From: a virus
Length of the DNA: 39,642 bases
Direction: 5' to 3' (one strand)
Virus record (IMG/VR): IMGVR_UViG_3300021255_000026
The stretch's first letter is position 1. Every line of letters begins with the position of its first letter. Of the stretch, positions 9,942-20,368 are shown piece by piece. The notes below the pieces were generated by a model. That model was not told the origin of the DNA. It did not search any database and was given only the letters and a program-made list of their open reading frames with translations. Both the position numbers and the translations under genes were made by a program.

Positions 9942-10623
9942 GAAAGAGCAGTTAGTACAAAGGGTATTGAGGACGGCCGTTGCCGATCTGAAAATACGAG
10001 AGGCCGGAGGCGAGGGCGAAAGCCGCGTTATTACCGGTTACGCGATCCTGTTTAACACGCCATCGGATCCGCTTTGGAGTGACGAGGAAAGCGAAGCCCG
10101 CGAAGTGATCGCACCGGAGGCGATTACAAAAGAACTGTTGGACGGTTGCGACATCAAACTAACGATGTTCCACGATCGACACCTGATCTTAGGCCGCAGT
10201 CGTCAGGGATCCGGTACACTTTCGTACACCGTGGACGAGAAAGGCGTTATGTTTGAATGTGAAATGCCAAAGACCGTTGACGGCGATAAGGCGTTGGAGT
10301 TGGTACGTCGCGGCGATCTGGCAGGGTGTAGTTTTATGTTTACCACCCGTTATTACGATCAGGCTTGCGTCGAAAGATCGGCCAACGTCGTAAACGGTGT
10401 AACGCATATTGTTTACCGAATTAAGGCCGTAACCGGCGTTTATGACTTTACGATTGCAGCAGATCCGGCGTACCCAGATACGAGCGTTGAGGCGCGCGAA
10501 TTTGTCGGCACGCTGAAAGAGCCCGCAACACCGGAGCCCAAAAAGCCAACGGCAGAAGAGAGAGAAAAAATGCAAACGCAGTTAAGCGAAATGCGCCGCG
10601 CTGCAAAGCAGAGTATTGTTTAA
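9934..10623 (+). CDS. Prohead maturation protease (HK97/S78-like)
   Basis: The ITGYAILFNTPSD start and LTMFHDRH segment are typical of this family. It lies between the portal and capsid genes. Confidence 0.85.
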   Translation: MDKKEQLVQRVLRTAVADLKIREAGGEGESRVITGYAILFNTPSDPLWSDEESEAREVIAPEAITKELLDGCDIKLTMFHDRHLILGRSRQGSGTLSYTVDEKGVMFECEMPKTVDGDKALELVRRGDLAGCSFMFTTRYYDQACVERSANVVNGVTHIVYRIKAVTGVYDFTIAADPAYPDTSVEAREFVGTLKEPATPEPKKPTAEEREKMQTQLSEMRRAAKQSIV

Positions 10624-10642
10624 TTTAATTTTTTTATCAGCA

Positions 10643-11962
10643 ATGAGTAAAAAGACTTACAATGTTCGCGAACTGATTAACAAACATCAGGCGAATTGCG
10701 ACCGCATCACAGCGATTGCGGACGTATGCGAGAGAGAGCAGCGCGAGCGTAACGAGGCCGAGAACAAGGAGTTTGAGGCCCTGACACGCGAAAATCAGTT
10801 GCTCGTAATGAAGATGCAGGCGGCAACCGCCGAGCATTTGCGAGAGAACCCGGACGCACAGGCCGACGCGATCCGTATCTTACGTGAGAACGCAAAGAAC
10901 GGCAAGCAGTCCGAGATCGTATTTGTACGTGATATGATGATGGTCGGCGACGTTCAGACCGGCGGTATTATCCCACTCAACGTACAGGACATCTTAAAGC
11001 CACTTCAGGAGGGCTTTATTCTCGACAAGGTAGGTTTGCCAATGCCTACCGGTTTGGCCGGCGATTATGTATGGCCAATGTACGAAATGGTGGAGGCTAC
11101 CGTACTCGCAGAGGGCGCGGCCATTTCCGACACCAAGATACCGTTTAGCAAGTTGCAGGCACAGCCCGCCCGTATCGGTTTGGCGATCCCTGTAACCAAT
11201 CAGTCTTTGCACCAGAGCGACGGTATTTTGGAGACTATCGTACGCGAGATTATGCCCGCAGCCGTTAAACAGTTGCTTAACAAGATCCTGTTTAGCACAG
11301 AGGCCGTAAATCAGGCTGCCGGTACTGCCGGACTGATTGGCCCATTTGCTAAGGACACCGTTAAGGCAAAGATCGTTAACCTGTCGGCCGTTCCTACCTT
11401 TACCGAACTTAACAAGTCGATGAAGGCCAAGGTACTCGAAACCGGTATTTCCGGCGATCACCTTTGTTGGATTATGACCAAATCGCAGGCCGCTATTTTG
11501 GAGGGTACACCCATTAACGCCAATGGTATTTACGTACCTATGATCCAAAACGGTATGCTTTGCGGTTTGCCCGTCTATACCACAAACGCGATCCGCAAGG
11601 TTGTCGTATCTTACCAGAAGTACACAGCCGGCCAGACCAACGCGTGGGCCGCTTATACTTTGCAGGATGGCGACACCATCAAGTACAAGGTTAGCGGTGA
11701 CAGTATCGCAAACGCACTCGCAACGATCACAAGCCCAGAGGGCGGAAAGATCGCCGAGGTTTCGGTACTTACCGAGTATATCGGTCTGGGTGATTGGCGT
11801 TATCAGCCTATGGGCCTGTTTGGTCAGATCCGCTTTATCGTGGATCCATACAGTCAGGCACGTAAGGATGCAGTCGATTTCGTCCTCAACGTGGATTACG
11901 CAACTAAAACTTTGCGTGATGAAGCGTTCCTGTTGGGACAGGTCGCCGTAGCGTCTAATTAA
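10643..11962 (+). CDS. Major capsid protein (HK97 fold) with an N-terminal coiled-coil delta or scaffold region
   Basis: The ATG at 10643 (MSKKTYN) removes the overlap with the protease gene. The N terminus is charged and helical (EREQRERNEAENKEFEAL). Confidence 0.85.
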   Translation: MSKKTYNVRELINKHQANCDRITAIADVCEREQRERNEAENKEFEALTRENQLLVMKMQAATAEHLRENPDAQADAIRILRENAKNGKQSEIVFVRDMMMVGDVQTGGIIPLNVQDILKPLQEGFILDKVGLPMPTGLAGDYVWPMYEMVEATVLAEGAAISDTKIPFSKLQAQPARIGLAIPVTNQSLHQSDGILETIVREIMPAAVKQLLNKILFSTEAVNQAAGTAGLIGPFAKDTVKAKIVNLSAVPTFTELNKSMKAKVLETGISGDHLCWIMTKSQAAILEGTPINANGIYVPMIQNGMLCGLPVYTTNAIRKVVVSYQKYTAGQTNAWAAYTLQDGDTIKYKVSGDSIANALATITSPEGGKIAEVSVLTEYIGLGDWRYQPMGLFGQIRFIVDPYSQARKDAVDFVLNVDYATKTLRDEAFLLGQVAVASN

Positions 11963-11988
11963 TGTGTAACGATTAAAGATCTTATGTT

Positions 11989-12297
11989 ATGGCAAGTGTA
12001 GCGACTTTGGCACTATTCAAAAAGCACGTTGGGGCCGACGATTTCACAGACGACGACGATTATTTGCAGCACCTGTTAGACACGGCGCGAAAGAAAGTCG
12101 TAAGAGCCACGAACCGGACAGAGGCGGAGTTAACGGAGATGGGAGGCGGCGCAATGCCCGACGAACTGATCCAAGCAACGTTGATGTTGGGCGGCCATTG
12201 GTACAACCAACGTGAGAGCGTTAGCGCGGTGCAGATGTACGCAGTACCGGAGTCGCTACAAGCCTTAATTAAACCTTTTAGAAAGTTGGCAGAATGA
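11989..12297 (+). CDS. Head-tail connector (gp6-like)
   Basis: LFKKHVGADDFTDDDDYLQHLLDTARKKV is the typical gp6-like N terminus. Confidence 0.75.
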   Translation: MASVATLALFKKHVGADDFTDDDDYLQHLLDTARKKVVRATNRTEAELTEMGGGAMPDELIQATLMLGGHWYNQRESVSAVQMYAVPESLQALIKPFRKLAE

Positions 12298-12614
12298 TAG
12301 CGGGACGACTGAAATACAAACTCACGTTGTTTGAGCCGGTGCAGGCTACTAACAATTTCGGCGAAGAAGATACGACGTACCAAGAACGGCGTACCGTCCG
12401 GGCCGAGCGCGTTAAGCAGTCCGGAAACCGGAGCGAAGAAGTCGGCGAGCATTTCCCCGATTATCGCGTGGAGTTTAACATCAGAGAGGCGCACCCCGTA
12501 GATGAAAATTGGCGCGTGCAACAGTTGGGGGGCAAACTCTATACCGTTACGAACATCATACCCAACCACGAAAAGGGCTATAAGACTTTAATTTGTGTAA
12601 GAGTGAATGAGTAA
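12294..12614 (+). CDS. Head closure / head-tail adaptor protein
   Basis: The gene is 106 aa. The N-terminal pattern RLKYKLTLFEP...FGEEDTTYQERRTVRAERV and the gene order both fit. Confidence 0.7.
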   Translation: MIAGRLKYKLTLFEPVQATNNFGEEDTTYQERRTVRAERVKQSGNRSEEVGEHFPDYRVEFNIREAHPVDENWRVQQLGGKLYTVTNIIPNHEKGYKTLICVRVNE

Positions 12615-12619
12615 CCGCA

Positions 12620-13201
12620 ATGGCAGATATTCAGTACGACGATCGAAAGTTACGCGATCTGTTTACGGAGTTGGAGCCAAAACGTCGCCTAAAGGCACTT
12701 AAAGGCGCATTTAGGAAAGAGGCCAACAAAGTACGTCGCACAGCCGTTAACAACCTACGGGGAAGTATCAGGAGCGACGCAGATCTGGAAAAAGGAGTAC
12801 GGGCAATCGTTTTCAAACGGGCCGCCGGTTTCCGCGTAACGATCGGTACGAAGAAAGCCACCAAGCGAAGCCAAAAAGAGTACGGATTTCACAAAAACCG
12901 TCAGGGCCTCAAAAAACCCGTCCTGATTTGGGCAGAAGAGGGAACGGAAGAGCGCACAACGAAAGGCGGTAATTGGGTGTACAAGTATTCCGGTAACGAG
13001 AAATTGGCGGCCCGCCACGGATCCGGGTACAAGGTACGAAGAAAAAAAGTATATCTGGGAGGCCAGAAGCGCGGACGTATGAAACGATACGGATTTATGC
13101 GTAAGACGCGCGACGAGGTGGCCGACAGGGTTACAGAAGAATTGCACAGCGAGGTTATTAATAACGTAATTAGAACTGCAAAGAAGTATGGGTGTATCTA
13201 A
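12620..13201 (+). CDS. HK97 gp10-like neck or tail-completion protein
   Basis: Called from position and size. It is basic and has no strong motif. Confidence 0.5.
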   Translation: MADIQYDDRKLRDLFTELEPKRRLKALKGAFRKEANKVRRTAVNNLRGSIRSDADLEKGVRAIVFKRAAGFRVTIGTKKATKRSQKEYGFHKNRQGLKKPVLIWAEEGTEERTTKGGNWVYKYSGNEKLAARHGSGYKVRRKKVYLGGQKRGRMKRYGFMRKTRDEVADRVTEELHSEVINNVIRTAKKYGCI

Positions 13202-13592
13202 GCCGTCAGTACCTAAAACGTCGATAAGCGTAGGCGTTGTTATCCGCCAAATGCTTTTGGATTGCCCGGCCGTTGCGGCCCGCACTAATAAGGTATTCCC
13301 GGTTGTAACCGACGAGGCCAAATTACCGTATATCCTGTACCGTCGCGCGTCGATGGAACAGATACCGGTTAAATCGGCCGCCGGAGCCGATACCGTACGT
13401 ATCGAGGTGCTTTGTTTTACAGAGAAGTACGCCGAGGGCGTGGAGTTGGCCGAGGCCGTGCGATCGGCTTTGGATCAGCAGCAGGCCGAAACGGACGGTT
13501 TGAGGATCCGGAGTTGTACGTATATCGACGGCGAAGAGAGTTGGCAAGATGACGCATACGTGCAAGAGTTAGATTTTAGTGTTAAATTATAA
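13188..13592 (+). CDS. Tail terminator / tail completion protein
   Basis: It lies immediately upstream of the major tail protein gene and is 134 aa. Confidence 0.5.
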   Translation: MGVSKPSVPKTSISVGVVIRQMLLDCPAVAARTNKVFPVVTDEAKLPYILYRRASMEQIPVKSAAGADTVRIEVLCFTEKYAEGVELAEAVRSALDQQQAETDGLRIRSCTYIDGEESWQDDAYVQELDFSVKL

Positions 13593-13604
13593 ACAGTTAA
13601 GATT

Positions 13605-14063
13605 ATGACTAAACCAACATCAGGCTACGTTAACGGTAGCGATCTTCTGTTGAAAATCGGTGGCAAGGCCGTTGGCCATTGTACCACCCACACCCTCACT
13701 TTCAACAGCGAGACAAAGGACAGAGCCGTAAAGCCCGCCGCCGCCAATTCATATTCCGCCGGACTGTGGAAAGGCAAGGGCGTTACCGGTTTGAGTATCT
13801 CGATCAGCGCAGAGGGTTTGCGTTTCTATGGTGAGACCGAAAACGGCTTTAGCGAGATTTCGGCCCTTTGGGGAGCCGGTCAGTCTGTCGCCGTTCTGGC
13901 ATTTGAGAGAGAGGGCGACGAAACACCGTACGTTTCGGGTAACTTTGTTATTTCTTCGATCGAGGAAACAAGCCCCGCAGGCGACGACGCAACGTATTCT
14001 ATCAATCTCGAAAGCGACGGCGAGCCAAGCGCGTACCCCGGTAAGCCCGAAGCCGGCGGGTAA
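13605..14063 (+). CDS. Major tail protein (TP901-1/phi13-like)
   Basis: GSDLLLKIGGKAVGHCTTHTLTFNSETKDRAVK is the typical N terminus. It is followed by chaperone genes and the tape measure gene. Confidence 0.75.
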   Translation: MTKPTSGYVNGSDLLLKIGGKAVGHCTTHTLTFNSETKDRAVKPAAANSYSAGLWKGKGVTGLSISISAEGLRFYGETENGFSEISALWGAGQSVAVLAFEREGDETPYVSGNFVISSIEETSPAGDDATYSINLESDGEPSAYPGKPEAGG

Positions 14064-14088
14064 TTGAACGATCACAATTTCTTACTTT

Positions 14089-14406
14089 ATGGCAAAGATA
14101 GAAATTACAATCAATGGCGAGGCATACCCCTGTTACCAAACAATGGGGGCTATGCTTCGTTTTAAGCAAGAGACAGGCCGAGAGGTTACAGATATTAACG
14201 CAGAAAGTTTTACCGATCTCGTTACGTATATCTGGTGTTGCATCGTATCGGCCTGTAAGCGCACCGGCAAACAATTCGATATGTCCCTGATGGATTTTGC
14301 CGACGCAGTAACGCCGGAGGATATGGCAGAGTGGACGGATCACGTTTTGCAACAGCCGGCTAATACGGAAAACGAACCTAAAACGGACGAAAAAAAAAGT
14401 TCGTAA
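14089..14406 (+). CDS. Tail assembly chaperone (G-like)
   Basis: 105 aa, located between the major tail and tape measure genes. It ends just after an A9 slippery run. Confidence 0.7.
   Translation: MAKIEITINGEAYPCYQTMGAMLRFKQETGREVTDINAESFTDLVTYIWCCIVSACKRTGKQFDMSLMDFADAVTPEDMAEWTDHVLQQPANTENEPKTDEKKSS
14390..14398 (+). promoter_or_regulatory. Candidate -1 programmed ribosomal frameshift site (A AAA AAA)
   Basis: A run of nine A lies 6 nt before the stop codon. The zero-frame codons are gaa aaa aaa agt tcg taa. The -1 frame is open from 14391 into ORF 14418-14726. Confidence 0.6.
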
Positions 14407-14726
14407 TTAACGAGTTATTGGGCTTTGCGTTGGGTTGCATACGTTTGTCTTACAATGACTTTTGCAACGCCACCCCGGAGGAATACGCAAGCATTTGCGA
14501 GGCATACAGCGAACAACGCGAAGCCGAATACAAAGACGGTTGGGAACGGGCCCGAATGATCGCAACGGTATTAATACAGCCGCACACCCGTAAAAAGGTC
14601 ACAGCGCACAACGTTTGCCCGTTTCCGTGGGACAAAGAGAGTAAGAGAAAAGCCGCATACAAGCCGGTTAGCCCGGAAGAGGCAAAGGCAAGGTTTGAGG
14701 CATTATTAAAACGCGAACAGCATTAA
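14391..14726 (+). CDS. -1 frame extension of the tail assembly chaperone (T-like part of a G-T fusion)
   Basis: The track ORF 14418-14726 has only a TTG start. Its frame is -1 relative to 14089-14406 and has no stop between the slippery site and 14418. Confidence 0.55.
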   Translation, partial: KKKFVINELLGFALGCIRLSYNDFCNATPEEYASICEAYSEQREAEYKDGWERARMIATVLIQPHTRKKVTAHNVCPFPWDKESKRKAAYKPVSPEEAKARFEALLKREQH

Positions 14727-14737
14727 AATTTACATCG

Positions 14738-17700
14738 ATGGCAGGTAAAAGTACGATTTCGATAACGTTCAAATTGGACGGCGACGCGAAAGGTTTTAAG
14801 GATCTCGCAAAAGACGCGGACGGGCTTAAAAAGGTGATCACGGCGACAGTATCAGAAGCCGAGAAACTGAATAAGACGGCCATTAATTTTGCGGCGATCG
14901 CTACCGGTGTAGATCAGGCACAACGCACGATCCAAAGTTTACAGGGCGCGGTAAAAAGTTTATCAAAGGATTGGGCCGATCAGGTGCAGGCGGAAACGCA
15001 GTTGAAAACCGTTATGCGGCAGCGTATGGCCGCAACCGATAAGGAAATACAGAGTATTTTAGATCTCGCAAGCGCGCAACAGCAGTTAGGTGTTATCGGT
15101 GACGAGGTGCAGTTAGCCGGGGCCCAACAGGTAGCGACGTTTCTAACGTCAAAGCGGAGTATCGAAACCCTGTTGCCGGCAATGAATAATTTGTTAGCAC
15201 AACAAAAGGGATTGGCCGCCACAAGTCAGGACGCGATCAATATCGCAAACCTGATGGGAAAGGCTATGCAAGGCCAGACGGCCGCGTTACGCCGCGTTGG
15301 TATCACGTTCGACGCGGCGCAGGACAACGTTTTAAAATACGGCACGGAATCACAGCGCGCCGCGATGCTTGCACAAGTGATTACCGATAACGTCGGCAAT
15401 ATGAACGCCGAATTAGCCAAAACGGATATTGGTAAGCAAAAGCAACTCGAAAACAAGTTGGGTGACATAAAAGAGAAGTTAGGCGAGATCGCACAAAGCG
15501 CAATGCCATTTGTAACGCTTGCGGCCAACTCTTTAATCGCTTTGGGAGGTATCGTTAAGTTGTTGGCCGGCATTAAGGCGGCTACCGTTGCCGTAATGGC
15601 GTGGAATCTCAAAAGTAAAATGGCGAGTGCCACAATGGTACTTTTGGGATTGCGTACCACCCAGACGGCCGCCGTTACCCGCGTATTTAGTGCAGCAATG
15701 ACAACCGGCGCGTATTCCGCGACGGCTTTCAAACTTGCTTTGCGTGGCCTGATGATCAGTACCGTTGTAGGCGCGGCGATTGTGGCCGTAACGTGGGCCG
15801 TTGAGGCTCTTATTAATAAGATGGACGACGCGGCCGGCAGTACCGATAAATTTTTGGATGCAGAAGAGAGGGCCAAACAAGACGCGGAGGACGTTAAGCA
15901 AGTCCGCGAAGCCGAAGCCGCAGCACTTACACAGACGCGCGCCGCGCTCGAAATTAATATACAGAAATTAAAGGATTTCAAGGGCACAAAAGAACAGGAA
16001 AAGAAGATCGTCGAGGAAATGAATAACACCTACGGCGACACGATGGGATATTTTGACAGCGTGGCCAAATGGTACAACGCCCTGATCAAGAACAGCGAGG
16101 CGTATTGTCAGCAGATGATCGTCGAAGCCCGTACCCGTATGTTGGCAAATCAGATCGCGCAGAAAGAACAGGAAACGCACGATCTGATGTACGACGAGAA
16201 CGGCAAAAAACGTATGTACAGCAAACAGCGCGAAACCAAACGCGTTGCACACGTTGATACGTCAGGGGCAAGTTACGCAGAGCCGGAAGTATCATACTCA
16301 ACGGAAGAGATAGCCGGTACAAGCGATTGGGAAAAGGCCACAGCCGCCGTTATTGCCAATAATCGCGCCGTGGCCAATCTGCGTAAGCAAATGCAGGGCG
16401 TGGTAGAGGACGCAAAAAAGATCAAGTTTGCCGTACAGGGATCCGGCACACGTCCGACAGGGGGCGGAGGTGGAGGCAGTAACACCGAAAAGGAAAAGAC
16501 GCGTTTACAGGAATTAAATACCCTGATCGATCAGGCCAAAGAGAAATACGTTAACGCGTCCGAGGAAGAGCAACAACAGATCCAGAAGAATATCGCCGGT
16601 TGGAAAGCCGAAAAGAACTTTATCGAACTGATGCAGCGACAGGCAGAACGCCCGGCCGTACTCAATTCGTTACAGGCGATCGACGACGAAATTTCGTACC
16701 AACAGGCTTTGCGTAAGGTAGCCAACAAAGAGGCTTTGGCCGGTATTGATAAAGAGATCGACAGGCTCAACGGATTACGTAGGGAAATGGAAAACACCCA
16801 CGTACCCGTACCTGTTGAGCAGATCGGCACGTATGAGCAATTAAACCGCGAATTGCAGTACTATACAGAGTTATTGCAGAACGCCGACGCAGAGGCCCGC
16901 GTATCGATCCAGAGCCAGATAAACAAACTTAATGGCCTTAAAAAATCGTGGGACGACGTATTGGCCGATCTGAAAAAGCCCGGCGATATTTCCACGTTGG
17001 ATAATATCAATAAGTTAGACGAGGCAATTAGTTACTATCAGGCCAAACAGCGCGAACAGACAGCCGCCGAGATCACCAACACGCAAAAGGTTATTGACGC
17101 GTTGGAGGCAAAGCGCGAGGCAATGAATCGCGGTATTAAGTTGGCCGCCATTAACAAGGATATTGCGAAGATCGACGGATTACAGGGTGGAGAGTTTAAG
17201 GTTAAAGTACGATCGATCGGTTTCGACGAACTGACAGACCGTATTAGGGAAATGCAGGATCTATTAAACGACACCGATAACCCGGTATCTGATGATCAGA
17301 GAAAAGAGATCGAAAGCATTATTGAAACGTACGAGCGTTGGCGCAAAGCGTCTATAAACGCGTTTGATACGATGAAAACCGGATGGAACGGTATAAAAGG
17401 TATTGGCGGAGGTATCGAGAGTATCACAAGCGCGTTGGAGGGCAACGGTAATGCGTGGCAGACTGTTACGGGGATTGTGGATGGCTTTATACAGTTGTAC
17501 GAGGGAATCCAGACGATCGTCGGTATTATCGATCTGTTGACGACAGCAACCACGGCCCACGCCGTCGCAAAAACGGCCGAGGGCGCGGCCACAACGGTAA
17601 CGATGGGAGCCACCACAGCCGCAGCCGCAACAGAAGAGGCGGCCGCAGCCGCAGTTATACCGGTGATAATTGCCAATAAGGCGGCAACGGCAAGTTATAT

Positions 17701-18037
17701 GGAACTCGCGGCCGCTATGTTCTTCGCAGCCCACGCGGCCATACCGTTTGCCGGTTTCGGTATTGCAGCCGGATTTACGGCGGCGGCAACGGCTATGGTG
17801 CAGGCAATCGGAGTAATGCCGTTTGCAAAGGGCGCAGTTGTTTCGGGCCCAACGTTGGCGTTGGTTGGCGAGTACGCCGGAGCCGGTAACAATCCGGAGG
17901 TTATCGCGCCACTCGATAAATTGCGCTCAATGATCGAGCCGGCCGGCGATATGTCCGGAAAGGTTGAGTTTGAGATTAAGGGCCGATCATTGGTTGGCCT
18001 GCTGCTAAAAGAAAATAACCACACTAAGAGAAGTTAG
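14738..18037 (+). CDS. Tape measure protein
   Basis: 1099 aa, mostly coiled coil, with a G6 linker and a C-terminal Ala/Gly-rich hydrophobic region. It occupies the canonical position. Confidence 0.9.
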   Translation: MAGKSTISITFKLDGDAKGFKDLAKDADGLKKVITATVSEAEKLNKTAINFAAIATGVDQAQRTIQSLQGAVKSLSKDWADQVQAETQLKTVMRQRMAATDKEIQSILDLASAQQQLGVIGDEVQLAGAQQVATFLTSKRSIETLLPAMNNLLAQQKGLAATSQDAINIANLMGKAMQGQTAALRRVGITFDAAQDNVLKYGTESQRAAMLAQVITDNVGNMNAELAKTDIGKQKQLENKLGDIKEKLGEIAQSAMPFVTLAANSLIALGGIVKLLAGIKAATVAVMAWNLKSKMASATMVLLGLRTTQTAAVTRVFSAAMTTGAYSATAFKLALRGLMISTVVGAAIVAVTWAVEALINKMDDAAGSTDKFLDAEERAKQDAEDVKQVREAEAAALTQTRAALEINIQKLKDFKGTKEQEKKIVEEMNNTYGDTMGYFDSVAKWYNALIKNSEAYCQQMIVEARTRMLANQIAQKEQETHDLMYDENGKKRMYSKQRETKRVAHVDTSGASYAEPEVSYSTEEIAGTSDWEKATAAVIANNRAVANLRKQMQGVVEDAKKIKFAVQGSGTRPTGGGGGGSNTEKEKTRLQELNTLIDQAKEKYVNASEEEQQQIQKNIAGWKAEKNFIELMQRQAERPAVLNSLQAIDDEISYQQALRKVANKEALAGIDKEIDRLNGLRREMENTHVPVPVEQIGTYEQLNRELQYYTELLQNADAEARVSIQSQINKLNGLKKSWDDVLADLKKPGDISTLDNINKLDEAISYYQAKQREQTAAEITNTQKVIDALEAKREAMNRGIKLAAINKDIAKIDGLQGGEFKVKVRSIGFDELTDRIREMQDLLNDTDNPVSDDQRKEIESIIETYERWRKASINAFDTMKTGWNGIKGIGGGIESITSALEGNGNAWQTVTGIVDGFIQLYEGIQTIVGIIDLLTTATTAHAVAKTAEGAATTVTMGATTAAAATEEAAAAAVIPVIIANKAATASYMELAAAMFFAAHAAIPFAGFGIAAGFTAAATAMVQAIGVMPFAKGAVVSGPTLALVGEYAGAGNNPEVIAPLDKLRSMIEPAGDMSGKVEFEIKGRSLVGLLLKENNHTKRS

Positions 18038-18038
18038 T

Positions 18039-20348
18039 ATGAGCAAACAATTACGATATATGGGTGAGTTTCTTAGCCGCGCCGGCGTTACGTGGCGCGT
18101 CGAGATCTTACAAGAGGCGGCGCAGCCATACGCCACCGTTGGCCAACTGACTTTTGAATACAAGGAGCCGTTAGTTATCGATTGGAAACACAAGGATAAG
18201 GAAGAGGTTATTTGTGGAAGTGAGGCAACGTTAAGGATCGAGAGCCCGGACGATCGTACGTACGAAGATCTGTACACGATCGAGGTTGGCCGTATTCGTA
18301 TGGACGTTTACAGAAACAACGTACTTTATTGGAGCGGCGCGTTGGATCCGGAGTTTTACGAAGAGCCGTACGAAAAGGCCCGTAATTATACCGTCACACT
18401 CACATTTAGCGATTTTGGTATATTGGATCGCCTCAAGTATAATTTAATCGGTATGCAGACGTTACAGAGCATTATAACAAACGCTTTGCAGCGCAGCGCG
18501 ATAAATTATACAAGTATAGACGCGGAAACGTACTGTACAACCTATTTCGAGGACGGCGTAAACAAGGCCACACCGGCGGCGTTATCGATCCGGAGCGAAA
18601 ATTTCTACGACGAGGACGCGAAGCCAAACACGCTAAAGGAGGCGATCGAGGGCATTTTGCAGCCGTTGGCGTTGAAGATGGTACAAAAGGCCGGTACGGT
18701 CTATATCTACGACCTTAACGGCCTGTACACGGCCGGCCAGAGCCGCGCGTTAACGTGGGACGGCGACAGCCAGACGATGGGCGTTGATAAGGTGGCCAAT
18801 AACGTAACCGTCAGTTTTTCGCCGTATTCGTCGGCCGAACTGTTGGCCGGTGCATTGAAATTTATCGGTACGTACGACGTGGAAATGGTTAATTTGGTGG
18901 CCGATCCCGGCGCGTCGTATTACTCATATTATCCAGATTACAGCGACGAACACCGACAGGGCAGTAATTGGGACTACAATCTTATTAATTTTACGATATT
19001 CCTAAGTACACAGGGAAAGGGTTTGGCGTATCTCAATCCATCGTGCCGGTATTGCCATATTTTGCCCGTTGTAGGCGGCCCGTCAGAAACGGATGCGATC
19101 GCGTGGGGCTTTTATTCAGGAGGCCACGGCCCGATCGACGAGTACCACCATTGGCCTAAAAAGATCCTTAACACGATCGGAAAGGCAAGCAGCACCGTTG
19201 TAATGAAAACCAACCGCGTATTTTTGCCTAAGTTGACGACAGACGACGCAAAGAAATATTACGTACGTTTGTCGCTCGAAATGCTTTTGGACGCGCGTTA
19301 TAACCCGTTTACAGATGGTAACAACGACGGTAACGAATCCGGCAATTACGACGCTTTTAAAATTTACACGGGTTGGGCGTTTGTGCCCGTTGGCGTAACA
19401 CTATACGACGCGGCCGGTAACGCGCTTTGCCATTACGTAAACAGCCCGATAGCAAACAGCGCAGCCGTTGGGCACTTAGGTTGGGCCAAAGGTAGTTGGC
19501 AAGAGGGCGAAGCCGCTTTTGGCGACGCGTTTTTGGAGTACTACGATCCGGACGATCTGCAAGAAAACACCGGTATTCTGGGATGGAAAGGAAACCGCCA
19601 TTGTATCGGCCGCCCGGATAACGAGGCCCGCCGTAATTCTACCTATTGCGGCCAATACAGTATGCCGTCGATCTTTGACAGTTTTAAGTCGATGGCCGAC
19701 GGCGAATATATGCCGTACCCAACGCAGGGCGGTTATTTGGAAATTACCGTTTACGCCGGCGTTAACTGTTACGATTATGGGGAGGGTACGATTTTTGGCA
19801 TAGTACCGATTACGAATACACAGACGACGGAGCGATGGGACGATAAAGGGCTGTACGGCAAAGCCCGTTGGTTACTTTACAAGGCCCCGAAAGTCGAGTT
19901 GGTTAAAAACAACCTGATTTTCGATAACGCCGAGTTGGAGGACGTGGATTATACCGGTTATATCAATAAGAACGCAAAGGAGGAAATAAGTATCGATACC
20001 ATTTGCGGAACAGCCAACAAGATTTGCCCGACGGCCAAAGGTATTTATTGCCGTACGTCCGATATGTTGCAGATCCAGACGTTAAGGAGAGCCGGAGTTA
20101 CGGATCACCCCGAAAAGTTGCTGATCGGTACGCTATACAGTCAGTTAGCCGACCGCCACACCACGTTATCAGGCGAGGCGGTATTAGATCCGGGCGGTTT
20201 GTGCAAGTACACAGAACAGAACCAAAACGGCAAATACTTTATGATCAGCGAACAGCAACAGGACGTTATCGCAGATACGGCCGACGTTGTAATTACAGAG
20301 TTTAACCCCGACGAGTACGACGCGATCGAGGAAATACCGACAACTTAG
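18039..20348 (+). CDS. Tail tip / distal tail structural protein
   Basis: 769 aa, directly after the tape measure gene. No motif was recognised. Confidence 0.6.
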   Translation: MSKQLRYMGEFLSRAGVTWRVEILQEAAQPYATVGQLTFEYKEPLVIDWKHKDKEEVICGSEATLRIESPDDRTYEDLYTIEVGRIRMDVYRNNVLYWSGALDPEFYEEPYEKARNYTVTLTFSDFGILDRLKYNLIGMQTLQSIITNALQRSAINYTSIDAETYCTTYFEDGVNKATPAALSIRSENFYDEDAKPNTLKEAIEGILQPLALKMVQKAGTVYIYDLNGLYTAGQSRALTWDGDSQTMGVDKVANNVTVSFSPYSSAELLAGALKFIGTYDVEMVNLVADPGASYYSYYPDYSDEHRQGSNWDYNLINFTIFLSTQGKGLAYLNPSCRYCHILPVVGGPSETDAIAWGFYSGGHGPIDEYHHWPKKILNTIGKASSTVVMKTNRVFLPKLTTDDAKKYYVRLSLEMLLDARYNPFTDGNNDGNESGNYDAFKIYTGWAFVPVGVTLYDAAGNALCHYVNSPIANSAAVGHLGWAKGSWQEGEAAFGDAFLEYYDPDDLQENTGILGWKGNRHCIGRPDNEARRNSTYCGQYSMPSIFDSFKSMADGEYMPYPTQGGYLEITVYAGVNCYDYGEGTIFGIVPITNTQTTERWDDKGLYGKARWLLYKAPKVELVKNNLIFDNAELEDVDYTGYINKNAKEEISIDTICGTANKICPTAKGIYCRTSDMLQIQTLRRAGVTDHPEKLLIGTLYSQLADRHTTLSGEAVLDPGGLCKYTEQNQNGKYFMISEQQQDVIADTADVVITEFNPDEYDAIEEIPTT

Positions 20349-20368
20349 ATTAGAAACACGATCGAGAT

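Noticed and set aside
10994-13321. Minus-strand ORFs 10994-11548, 12060-12569 and 12755-13321 within the capsid and connector genes
   Set aside because: All are fully embedded antisense to recognisable head and neck genes and were treated as shadow ORFs.
15226-16029. 267-aa minus-strand ORF, with several other antisense ORFs between 14980 and 18024, inside the tape measure gene
   Set aside because: These are shadow ORFs opposite a long, motif-consistent + strand gene. Their translations are low complexity (Ala/Ser/Cys-rich), and no minus-strand genes are expected in this module.
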